This document shows positions 24,182-34,791 of a stretch of 39,049 nt of DNA, piece by piece. The first letter of the stretch is position 1; the number at the start of each line of letters is the position of its first letter. A program made the translations under genes and the position numbers. The notes under the pieces are model-generated. The model was not told where the DNA came from. It made no database searches and was given only the letters and a program-made list of their open reading frames with translations. Source of the stretch: Eremomyces bilateralis CBS 781.70 (taxonomy: Eukaryota); assembly GCA_010015585.1 (NCBI GenBank), contig ML975149.1; one strand, 5' to 3'.

Positions 24182-27100
24182 ATGAGATGGGCTACTCTCC
24201 TTTGGACTCTTCTTTGCTCTTCAGCTTCCGCTCTCGAAACAAAGCCCCAGGCGACTTATCCACTCCCGCATGAGGCGGAAACCTCAGTCATATCGTCGAA
24301 TGTCCTCCAAGTGCGAGCCGACGTGAAGCCCTTCACTCTTCGTATCATGCCCTTGGGGGCATCCATCACGGCTGGATATGGCACTACTTTCGAGCAAGGA
24401 TATCGGAAGCCCCTCAGAGACCAGCTACGTTGGCGCGGCTGGCCTGTCAACATGATCGGGAGCTCACGTGGCGCCTCCGAGGTGAACTTCAAGAACGATC
24501 AACATGAAGGCCACGGGGGTCACGTCGTTAGCCAGACAATCGATGACTCAAACCTGAGCCTTTATCGGATGCCCAACCTGATTCTCATCAATTGCGGCAC
24601 CAACGACGCCGCCGGTGACAATGTTCCGACCACGGGAGATAGAATGAAGCTTGTCTTAGACCATCTTTACAACAAGGTTGACAACGTCACTATCATCCTG
24701 TCAACCTTGGTTCCCAGACTCGACGAATCCGCCGCCGATACATCCAGCATCAGCGCGCAGTATCGTACGCTAGCTTCGAACTACGCCGCGGCCGGCCGCA
24801 AAATAATACTCGCAGAACTGGGCAGTGGTCTCTTTGACAGCAGCACGGATTATTATGACAAGATTCACCCCAACGACAAAGGCGCAGCGAAGGTTGCGGC
24901 AGTTTGGGATCAAGCAATCTTGGAAGCAGAGGACAGGAATTTCATTACGGAGGCCATCGACACCGGAATCCCCGATATTAGCAACGGTGAGGATTCTGGA
25001 GGACAGGGCACATGTGCCGTCGTTCGTGGAGGCCTGCGCGGGCCGGTCAAGACGCAGTCAGGCTGGGGATACAACGACGGCACGTATGCGCATAAGGATG
25101 ATTCCACGGTTGGTCCGATCGACCTCGGGCATACCGTGATAGGTGACATCGAACCTGGAACAGGCGGTATTTGGTTTGCTCAGTTGGTCAACCCGGGAAA
25201 CGCTGACTTCGGTGACTATCTCGACGAGCTTGTCTACTGCACGGACACGGGGCCGGGCCAGGTGCCCGGGCCATGTCTCATGTGGGAGAACTCGGACGGC
25301 AACTACAACAAGATTGACGCCAAGCGCCTGGACATCGGTCTCAAATGCCTCGCGCGAGGCATCCGCTTCGGGGATGTCAACGGGGATGGTCTGGACGACG
25401 CCATCTGCATCAACCAGGAGGCGAAGATGTACGTGGCCATCAACAAGGGCGGAAACCCTCCTACCTTTGAGGTCCTTGAAAACGGCGGTCTCGTCCGGGG
25501 TACCGGCAGCGAGCAAACGTGCGACTCCCAGGCCCAGGTCAGATTGGGTGACATGGATGGCGATGGTCGTCTGGACTACTGCTGCATCGACAAGAAGGGT
25601 GACATCTACTGCTGGCGCAACGGCGGCTCGGGTAAAGCGCCAACCGCCAAAGAGAACGGCTACTGGCAGGAACTTGTGAGTCTCGAGGTGTCTCTTCTCC
25701 AATCTCTCGTGACTGACATCAATACCCCTTTTAGGTCGGCGGAATCACCTTTAAGGCCAAGGGCGAGGGCGAGGGTATCGATGGAGTCCGTTTCGTCGAC
25801 ATCAACGGCGATGGCCGAACCGACTGGGTCTACATACACAAGGACGGATCCAGCGATATCTACGTCAACCAGCGTGGAAGCTACAGCGAAGACGGTAAAG
25901 GCCTCGCGCCTCACTGGGCGAAGGCATCGTCAACCCACGCGGCGTTCGGCGGGCTGGACACGCGGGACAATATCTATTTCGGTCGACTCCAACCCAGATC
26001 GTCTCGCGGCGACAACCTTCCCGCTAGAGCCGACCGTATTGTCGTGCAAAACTTGACAGCAACCGCGGGTAAGAATGACCCCAAGGTACAGCTCTTCTTT
26101 CAGACCAACCTGGGCGCCGGTGGTACGAAGCTCAAGGGAGACGGTGTTTTCTACTGTGATATGTTTGGCAGTGGCAGCGACGGTGAGTGTTCCTTGTCTG
26201 TCATTCCTCGTGATATCGGCTAAGATGCAAGAAAAGACTATCTGTGGGTGCTTTCGACGGGCGCCATCACCCTGTTCAAGAACATCCACTCGCCACCTCA
26301 GTGGGGGCCTCTTGGACAGATCATCGACATCGAGAGGGACCGAAAGAGCATTCATTTCGTAAGTTGGAACGCAAGTCGCGAACATCCTGGGAAGCTGACG
26401 TATCGACAACAAGGGTGACTGGGATGGTGATGGAAAGTGCGACATCCTGGCGGTTGAGCGCCATACAGGCCGCGTCGAGTGGTGGCGCAATCTCTACAAG
26501 ACCGGCGACAAGGTGCCTACCTTCGCTGCCCCCAAGTGGGCTGTCGACTCCTACGACCACCTATGTACCGAGGGCTGGGGTAACGGCGTCTATGACTATG
26601 GCCTTGAGTTTGCCGATCTTGGTACGTGCTCATCTTCGTCGAGAGGTATATTGTGCAAGGTATTGACTATTAGAAAGATGGTGACAAGAGGGTTGACTAC
26701 TTGTGCATGAAGAAGAATATGCAGGTCTTTGGGTCCTTGAATAAGGCGGGAGGGCTTCAGTATAAGGATCAGATCAAGCTCGCCCCTGATGAAGGCAAAC
26801 TGGACCGAGCCAACTTCAAGTGGGCCGATGTAAGTGATCATGAGTACCTTGGCCTAGGCCCTTTGTCTCTGGTAAGGAAATATGTTCTGATCAAAGCATC
26901 TCTCCGCAGGTCAACGGTGACGGAAAGGCCGACTTGATCTGGGTCGACAAGTTCAATGGCAAGGGACGCCTCTGGACTAACGGCGGATTCACACCGGCCG
27001 CCAGCAGTAGCATGACCTGGAACTACGAGGGCTTTCGCTTCGACGGCTACGGCCGCGGGCAAAACATTCACTTCCCCAAGATCGGGACCAGTGGCCGCGC

Positions 27101-27332
27101 TGACTACCACGATGTCTGGCCGGATACGGGAATTTCCAACACCTGGTTCAACGAGTGTTCGCGCGAAGGCGAAGGTCAGGATGACTACCCGACTCCCATT
27201 GACCCCAACTTACCTGTCGTGGGTTCATGGGCTTCGTTGAATCCAACTTGGCAGGACCTTACCCCGGAAAGTGTCATTGTCACGAGCAAGGGTGACTTCA
27301 CCATCCCATACACGGACCATCAGGTTTATTCC
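24182..27332 (+). CDS. Secreted SGNH hydrolase (carbohydrate esterase family 3-like) with FG-GAP/VCBS repeats, probably 3'-truncated by a transposon
   Basis: Signal peptide MRWATLLWTLLCSSASA; motifs MPLGASIT, HEGHGG, GTND and DKIHPND; repeated DxxGDGxxD. Introns at about 25676-25734, 26183-26236, 26359-26413, 26622-26676 and 26829-26909. The last frame runs into the piggyBac-like left end and stops at 27356. Confidence 0.85.
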
Positions 27333-29831
27333 ACTTTAGCGCTGACAGGGGTATGATGGCGCCCAGTTAGTGTACTTCTAGAATCCAATCACAACGCGGT
27401 ACGAAAATTACAGCCTTTGCGCCTTTTTGCCTGCTCCATTGCTCATTGCAACTCTACTTGGTACTATCCAAACGATGAACTATGCTTTCGATGCTCCCAT
27501 CAACTTCAGACGCCGCCGCTTCCGATAACGAGGTATCTGAGGATGAGCTCACCACTGAATTTGTATGGAGAGTGCCATCTGATGCTACCACCGCTGCGGA
27601 AGTGGATTCGGAGCCCCAATTACAGCAACCTCAGGTTGAACCTGCAACATCCTCCGCTGGATCTCTCCCTACGCCAATTGGACGACCTGGGGATGCCTCC
27701 TACGTAGCCATTGATCCTGCTACTAAGAGGCCTCTAGGGCAGCCTGGAGCGTACTTTGAAAAGATGAAAGGATACGTCTCATACTATCACTACCCCGAAG
27801 CGTTGCTTGATCTCTCCATTGGCGTCCAAGGCCCTCTCTGCGCTACCGACACGGAGAGTGTATCCTGTGGGACTCCAGGTTGTACTGGCTGTGGGATTTT
27901 CCATAGCAATGGTCTATCCCTAGACCCCATGCTTCACGATCGCCCTCTAGCTTCCTTTGAAGAGCTTGCTAAGCGGTGGGATCTTCCGCTTGTCCTTTTC
28001 TCCCAGTTATTTGATGAAGGCATGTATAAGACGATCGCAGAGCACTCCAACCTATACGCCCAAAGGCATGAAATCTCGATTAGGCCTGTCACCGCCGGCC
28101 ATATCCGAATATGGCTTGGCCTTGTCCTTTACATGGGTACCTTCAATATCGCTTCTCGGGGGGATCTCTGGAGTAGGCACGGCCAGCGGCCTCTCCACTG
28201 TATCTCTAGGTTTATGTCCTTTAAAAGATGGAAGCAGATCAAACGGATTATCCACCTCTCCAATCCAGACACAGAGCCGCAGCCGCCCTCCGTCTTCGAC
28301 AAAGTACAGCCAATTGCCTCGCTTATAGGTGCTCGCTTCAGCCAGGTATATCTTCCTTCAAACTACGTCTCAGTCGACGAGATTATGGTTAAGTTTACGG
28401 GTCGATCGAAGGAGATTGTCTCAATTAAAGGCAAGCCTATCCCTGTTGGCTATAAAATCCTTGCCCTCGCCGATAGAGGCTATGTTTATAACTTCCTCTT
28501 TACCTCAGGGGGAAGCTTTGATACTGGAGGAAGGAAGGATACATCATCAATCCATGGTGTAAACTATCAGCCCCTCCCTGGATACGAGAATCTTGAGCTT
28601 ACGGCTACCTCAAAGGCGGTAGTTACCTTGGCAGCCTCTCTTCCTGTCGCTCTCCGCAAGTTTGTTATCTTTATGGATAACTACTTTACCAACATTCGCC
28701 TACTCTCCGTCCTTCGAAAAATGAGGATTGGGGCCTGTGGAACGACTAGGGCGTCGTATAAAGAGTACCCATTACAGCACTTCAAAGAGGCAAAGGACAA
28801 TTGCAGATGGCCGCTTCAAAAGCAGGGTTCCCTGTGCGTTCGTGATGTTGCCAGCCTCTTATGGAAGGATCGGGTACTCGTACGTTTCCTCCATACCATT
28901 TTTGAGCCAGAAGAAAATGACTGGGTACCTCGGAGGCGTCCGGCGACTGGAACAGCTACGTACCAGCGAGAACTTGATCAAATCTATCCTCCTGGGGTCC
29001 ATGAGACACCGGTTCTACAACCTAAAGCCGCTATACTGTACAACAGCTTCATGGGAGGTGTCGATATCGCGGATCAACGTCGAGCCTACTTCACATCCCA
29101 CCTGATTAGCCAGAAAACATGGCATCCTATTCTCTTCTGGATGCTCGACACGACTGCTTCGAACGCCCATATCCTCGGTACATGCCAGTTTCGGAAGCAG
29201 AATATTAGATATCTACAGAGCCTTAAGGATTTCCGTCTACAGCTTGCCTGGAATATGGTCATCAAAGGTATTTCAGATGGTCATGGTTCCCGAGTAGTAC
29301 AGGGCTTCAATGAGCAGGAAGGTCCTCAAATTCGAGGCAACCGAGGGATCAGGAGATCCGGTAACTCGTACGTACGGCCAAATACAGAGTTCCCGTATCA
29401 TACTACTCTTAGAAGTGGTGTTCATCGCTTGGCACGAATTTCAAGAGGGATGCGACGGTGGTGTTGGATGTGCAAGTGGAAAAAGCTAAGGGATACCCAA
29501 ATCAAGGACCGAAGGACCTTCTTTTGCTGTGAGGTCTGTGGAGAAGGATTTCCTCTCTGTGTTTGTTGTATAGAACCATTCCACAGTCAGAGACCTAGCT
29601 AGATACTACTAGATTCTTCTGTAACTAAGTTAGTAATTTTGTCTATTTACTTTATGAGGTCTGCATCGAATCGAATATGACGCCTTGATAAGTAAGAACT
29701 TGAAATTCTTCCAAACTAGGCCAAGTGCCTCAGGGGTGGTGCTAGCGCGGCCATGCCAAGTGGTATGAAAACCCAGTAGGGGATTTGGTGGGAAAATATC
29801 ACCAGCCTTTCCCGATTCGGCACGCTAAACT
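27333..29831 (+). mobile_element. piggyBac-family DNA transposon with short imperfect ends
   Basis: Candidate ends ACTTTAGCG (27333-27341) and CGCTAAACT (29823-29831) surround an intact transposase. No TTAA TSD, so the boundaries are tentative. Confidence 0.6.
27482..29602 (+). CDS. piggyBac-type DDD transposase, intact 706 aa
   Basis: Motifs VSVDEIMVKFTGRS, KPIPVGYK, FMDNYFT and YNSFMGGVDIADQ; C-terminal Cys-rich domain CWMC..CEVC..CVCC..H. Confidence 0.92.
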   Translation: MLSMLPSTSDAAASDNEVSEDELTTEFVWRVPSDATTAAEVDSEPQLQQPQVEPATSSAGSLPTPIGRPGDASYVAIDPATKRPLGQPGAYFEKMKGYVSYYHYPEALLDLSIGVQGPLCATDTESVSCGTPGCTGCGIFHSNGLSLDPMLHDRPLASFEELAKRWDLPLVLFSQLFDEGMYKTIAEHSNLYAQRHEISIRPVTAGHIRIWLGLVLYMGTFNIASRGDLWSRHGQRPLHCISRFMSFKRWKQIKRIIHLSNPDTEPQPPSVFDKVQPIASLIGARFSQVYLPSNYVSVDEIMVKFTGRSKEIVSIKGKPIPVGYKILALADRGYVYNFLFTSGGSFDTGGRKDTSSIHGVNYQPLPGYENLELTATSKAVVTLAASLPVALRKFVIFMDNYFTNIRLLSVLRKMRIGACGTTRASYKEYPLQHFKEAKDNCRWPLQKQGSLCVRDVASLLWKDRVLVRFLHTIFEPEENDWVPRRRPATGTATYQRELDQIYPPGVHETPVLQPKAAILYNSFMGGVDIADQRRAYFTSHLISQKTWHPILFWMLDTTASNAHILGTCQFRKQNIRYLQSLKDFRLQLAWNMVIKGISDGHGSRVVQGFNEQEGPQIRGNRGIRRSGNSYVRPNTEFPYHTTLRSGVHRLARISRGMRRWCWMCKWKKLRDTQIKDRRTFFCCEVCGEGFPLCVCCIEPFHSQRPS

Positions 29832-29851
29832 CTAAACGAAATTCACCTAGA

Positions 29852-30060
29852 TGTTATGGTCCCAGGCCTGTGGCCTGAGCCCTTGAGTATGGCTGACGCC
29901 ACAGGGATGTGGCTAGTGGATGGCACAAAGGAGATAGGAACAAAGGAGGTATCTCCTATATCTAGCGCGCAGAGACGCTGGGAGGTTTCTTCCTTCTCTC
30001 TCTTCAGTTTAGATTAATGGAACTTGGTAATCGCAGACCTTGCGCATCCAAACCGTGTCA
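29852..30060 (+). mobile_element. Solo LTR (209 bp) with 5-bp TSD CTAGA
   Basis: Ends TGTTATGGTCCCAGGCC...CCGTGTCA, with CTAGA at 29847-29851 and 30061-30065. Homologous to 38399-38620. Confidence 0.88.
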
Positions 30061-31231
30061 CTAGACGCCGTTTGCTTCTTATGAAGGAGTAAAGTGTATC
30101 CGTAAATGCTGCAATCATAAACTTCAGTTACTTTATCTACAAGTATTAAAGACATAGTCTATATCTATACAATTAATAGAATGCTAAAAAATCTTGTTGA
30201 TTAAATACGTTTGTTTCCCTTGGGAGATATTAAGTGAAGTGTTACTAACTAAGTGCTAGTTACTGAAGTCTGAACTTATAATATGGACATGGTACGGATC
30301 AAATTATTTCCGTTGTCTAGAGCTAAACCCTCACAAACTTGAGGTTCAACCCTCAGCTTTCTGCGGCATCGGCTCCAAGATCGATACGTTAGATGTAGGG
30401 CCGGGGGACCAGGCATTCAGCTAGAACACACAACTTACACACAACACACACAATACAAACAACTTCGCTACTATAACAACAGCACCTAACTCCCAACCAT
30501 TTTAGCACATCACGTACGACAATTCCATACGTTCGTAATTACCATATTCGACACTAGTGCATTGCTTAATCTCAATTTCAGCCTCTGGAGCCCGAAATTC
30601 CGAGCGAGTCTTTGTCAGAGTCTGCGGTTCTGGCCATCTGGGGCATTCCGGGCATATGCCAACGCCTAGCAATTTGCTTGTTGGACAAGGATGGGAATTG
30701 GACCGTGGCAGGGTGGCCCGGGTCGGGTTGCCGCATTTGCGTTCACTAGCTCAAACGCTTGGACCGCAATCTTGGCACTAACCCCCTCACCGAGCGGATG
30801 GTATGGGCAGCACAACGACAGGCCATGGAGGACGAGGATGGCGCATGCTGTCTCCTTGGTATCTCCAATATCTTGTGCCACTTATCTATAGGCCACAGGC
30901 CTAGAACCATAACAGGGGGAGAAATCTCACCAGCCATTAATCAAAAAATCATTAGGTACCGGACTACCGGTACAGTATTCAGAGATGTTTTGTAAAGGAG
31001 AAGGTAGAATTCGATTATCCCCTTCGTCATCGCAGTACACAAATTGGCAGGAGCTTTATATCACGTGAATTCCTAGTACCCAATAAGTTTCCAGCATTCT
31101 TAATCCCACTATGATACAGCATGATAGGTCTAACTGAAAAGGGGCTGTGTGTGTACTGCTGCAATGACGACAAAGGGGATAAGCGGAAAGAAGTTGGAGG
31201 AGGTGCTTCTATCCATGAAATAAATTTAACA

Positions 31232-33025
31232 TTAGAAAACACCTAGCGCAACTATTCCAACGACAAGTCGCTCCGCCCCGAGAAGCGCTGCAGTCATAGG
31301 ACCAACTGCAGCACCTGAAAACGGGGCAGGTCGAGATGAAGTTAATACTGCAACAGGGCTAACGGAGCTGTGCAGGGATGCTTCTGAGGGAATACGTTGC
31401 TCGGTAGACGCGGGAGCGGGACGAGAAGCAGGTGTCTTAGCCGACGCGGGAGCCGGGCCAGGAGCAGCTAGCTCAGTCGACGCGGGAGCCGAGCCAGGAG
31501 CAGCTAGCTCAGTCGACGCGGGAGCCGGGCCAGGAGCAGCTAGCTCAGTCGACGCGGGAGGGGGATGAGGAGCTGGTGTCTCAGTCCACGCGGGAGCCGG
31601 GTTAGGACCAGGTATCGGGGACCACGCGGGAGCCGGGTTAGGAACAGGTATCGGGGACCACGCTGGGGCCGGGTCAGGAGCAAGTATCGGGGACCATGCG
31701 GGAGCCGGATCAGGAGCAGGTATCGGGGGCCACGCAGGAGCCGGGTCAGGAGTAGATATCTCAGTCGGCACTGGAACTGGGCCAGGATCAGACAGGGCAG
31801 GAAGGCCTACTAGGATGCTGCTAACCGCCGAGATAGCCGCTCCGATGGCCGGCATCGTTGTCGTGGTCCCAGTCACACTAGCCCCCTCTTCCACCGTCCT
31901 GGTGTACATGACAGCTGGAGCGCTCGTGGCAGTACTAGGAGGAGCACCATTTGCTGGGTCACAACCAGATCTGATCGGAGTTCCACCGAGCTGCTCAAGA
32001 ATGGTGGGAAGGGAGTTCAAGTAGTCAATCAGTTCAGATGGAGGTGAAGCCCCGGCAGTAGGAATCGCGTCAACGGCGTAAATCAGAGACGCCGTTTTAA
32101 CGGCTGCTGGCAGCGTAAGTGATGCAACGGTGGTGACGCAGCCTGTGGCTCCGGGCTGGGTGGTTCGGAATGTGTGGTAGAAATCCGTGAAATAGAGATA
32201 GGTCGTCGGATAAAACCTAAACCAGTCAGATGCCGCCAGAGTGAGAGAAATGGTAAAGGGTTGCTAACAATGTCAGGCCAAGCGTCTCCCACGTGAGATC
32301 TGGCTCCGGCGCAGGTGTTCCTAATTGACGAACCGACGTGCTCGTGACCCGGGATCCATCGGCCAACTCGGTCACAATTACATCAATTGCTGCCGTGGGT
32401 ACCGTGGCCGTTGTTTGGAAAACTGCGGTTGGGTATGACTTTTCAGTTAGCCTTGGGCGGATAATGCTAAAGGAACCTCTAACTTACAAGGACGCTGGCG
32501 GTAACATCAACTTGACATCCTCCCGGACATGTCCCACTTGGTACTGAACGAGTTGATGTCGAGGCACCTGAATCAAAAAGTCAGCCTGAGAAGGGGCAAT
32601 ACGATAGTCACTATACGAAAGAAAATCGAACCAGGATTGCCTCCTGAGCTGGTAGACCTCGAGCCGGAAAGCGAAGAGGAAGTTGAAGGAATACTTAGAT
32701 TAGAAGGAGACTGACTTTGTGTTGTCGTAGACACTGTGGACCCGGACACGGTAGTAGTCACCATGGATCCAGATGCAGTGGCAGTCACCGTGACAGTCGT
32801 TGCGGAATTGGTGCCCGGAACAGTAGAGATCTCCGTGATAGTAACTGTGTCGTTCTGTCCTGGCAGTGTGATGGTGACCTTCTCAGTCTCAGTGATGGTA
32901 TCCCTGATGGTCTCGACGGTTTTTTCCGTAACAGTAAGAGTCGTTGTCTCCATGGTAGCGGTAGTTACGTCGAAGAGTGCTACCGCAATCCATACTGCTA
33001 TGATGTCCTTCCAAAGTCTCGTCAT
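31232..33025 (-). CDS. Secreted Ser/Thr/Pro-rich, probably GPI-anchored cell-surface protein; 4 exons
   Basis: Signal peptide MTRLWKDIIAVWIAVALFDVTTA and a Thr-rich tract. Three GT-AG introns between about 32218 and 32632 give a continuous frame (…LFYPTTYLYF…). C-terminus SGAAVGPMTAALLGAERLVVGIVALGVF is hydrophobic. Confidence 0.8.
31405..31750 (-). repeat. 36-bp coding tandem repeats of two unit types
   Basis: About 4-5 PDPAPAWSPIPA-type units, then about 3-4 APGPAPASTELA-type units. Confidence 0.85.
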
Positions 33026-34791
33026 TTTGATTAAAATGTTAAGATATTGTGCCAAATACGGTGTTAAACATCATTACAAGAAAACAAGCATTTGGTCAAG
33101 CGATTGACTGGGTGAGGGAAGAACAATACATCAAAGAAAAAGCAGCAAGGCTTGTTGGGAGTGAGTGGTCTGGTTAAATGGGATTTCAAATGGAAAGAAA
33201 GAATGGAGAACAGAAGACATGCAACCATCGACAAAAGTCTCACGGATCTATTATGTATCATGAGTCCATGTCTCCACGACCTTCCCTCCCAAGGCTACTA
33301 CGTAGTAGGTAGTAACGGTCGCCCAGGAGAGTCAGCCATTAGCACGATTCTTCTGTCAAGGAAGATTAGGAGGAAACATTCAACAGTCCACAGTATGTAC
33401 GGCGCATATGAACGTAAGATTCCGTTGCGCTACTGGATTGATATGCAAAAGCTGGATTCTGCATGCACTTGCATTCATCTTCGAAAAGCAATGAGACGGC
33501 TCCAGTACCGCACTCCCTAGCGTGGTGACTAGTGATGGTTAGAGCTCCTAACTGGGAGTCTGGGGACCAAAATTGTATTCAGAACTGGAAAGACGGGGAA
33601 AGCAGTTTGATTTGACCCACTACGGGATACCTGGATAATTCCGATGCTAGTGGATGTACCATTGCACATGAGTAATGAAGTCGAGTGGTGGAGGACATCA
33701 ACAATTGGTGGTGATGGTGAGGTATATTTAATTGGTGGTGATTGGATGAGGGAGGTAATTAATAGAGCTACAGTCATACTTGACTGTACAGGCCGTATAG
33801 TATTAGACAGATAAAGTATCTGGAGCCGAGAATTAGACAGGTACAGTCCCTTGAGCCGAGGATTAGACGATAGTGGAAATGAACCGAACGTAAATAGCGT
33901 TAAGATAAGCTTCTCACATAAGCATCGCATGTATAGTGCCTCTTGTCACACGAACCACTCAACCAAAAGGGATACACCCTTGACGAGGGTCGATTTAGCT
34001 CTTTTGACAGCTCTCTAGTCTAACTCCTGCTCAACTAGCTGAGACTACGGAGTACTACTCGAGCAATTTCTCTCTGGTTCTTCCATCTGCGATGATGAAC
34101 TCCAATCTCTACTGTATCGCATTATTGATAAATGACAATGTACATACGCAGTACAGTACTTACTACAGATACAGTACCTACCTCCTCAGCTATATCCGTT
34201 CATCTCACCAAGTCGAGCTGTTACACAGCGGAACAGAACCACCCACCTGCTGGCACATGCATGTCTTCCACTCGGTTTAAAATCATCGGTATCGTGATCC
34301 TGTACAGTATATGGCTGGCGTGCGCCCTCCCGCTATCTCCACTCTGTTCCCCTGAATATCATTTACAATGTACATTACATGGGGCTTTGCATCCTATCAT
34401 GGCTGAAGATTCCCGCTTACCCCTAGCTTCCCTCCAAGGGTCTCAGACTCTCAGTGACCGTGAGTGATGGCTTGACGGGTACGTATTGTATCCTTCAGTT
34501 TAAAGCAGCCCTATCCTTGGCAGTCAGGTATCAGATCCTCTGAGTCTTGCTTTCCCAATCTTGTGTGAAGCCCCCTAGCCCGGCAATTGCGATGCATTCC
34601 TTCCGTTGTTCCACACTGTCCCCCTGCTCATGTCGTGTGGTTCGTGGCTCAGTCCGAAAGTCTTGTTATGTCTGGTTTTGATATTGCTGTGCCCTTCTCT
34701 GGTAGTGCAGTTGGCTCAGCTGAGCTCGGTGCTTGACGTTGTCAGCAATTCGTCCACTCCACCATCGATACGGTACGTCGACACGAGTTGA

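Noticed and set aside
30318..30462. TAGAGCTAAACCCTCA…AACCCTCA possible TE end and a CA-rich tail
   Set aside because: No partner end or TSD in the window; too short to classify.
30557..30995. Coding-like fragment (DIGDTKETACAILVLHGLSLCCPYHPLG) on the minus strand
   Set aside because: Short, interrupted and not assignable to any family.
33790..33872. Three ~30-bp ATTAGAC-containing repeats that translate as LRR-like (LKGLYLSNSRLQILYLSN) or resemble a CRISPR array
   Set aside because: Too few and too degenerate, no unique spacers or cas genes, eukaryotic context, and no supporting gene structure.
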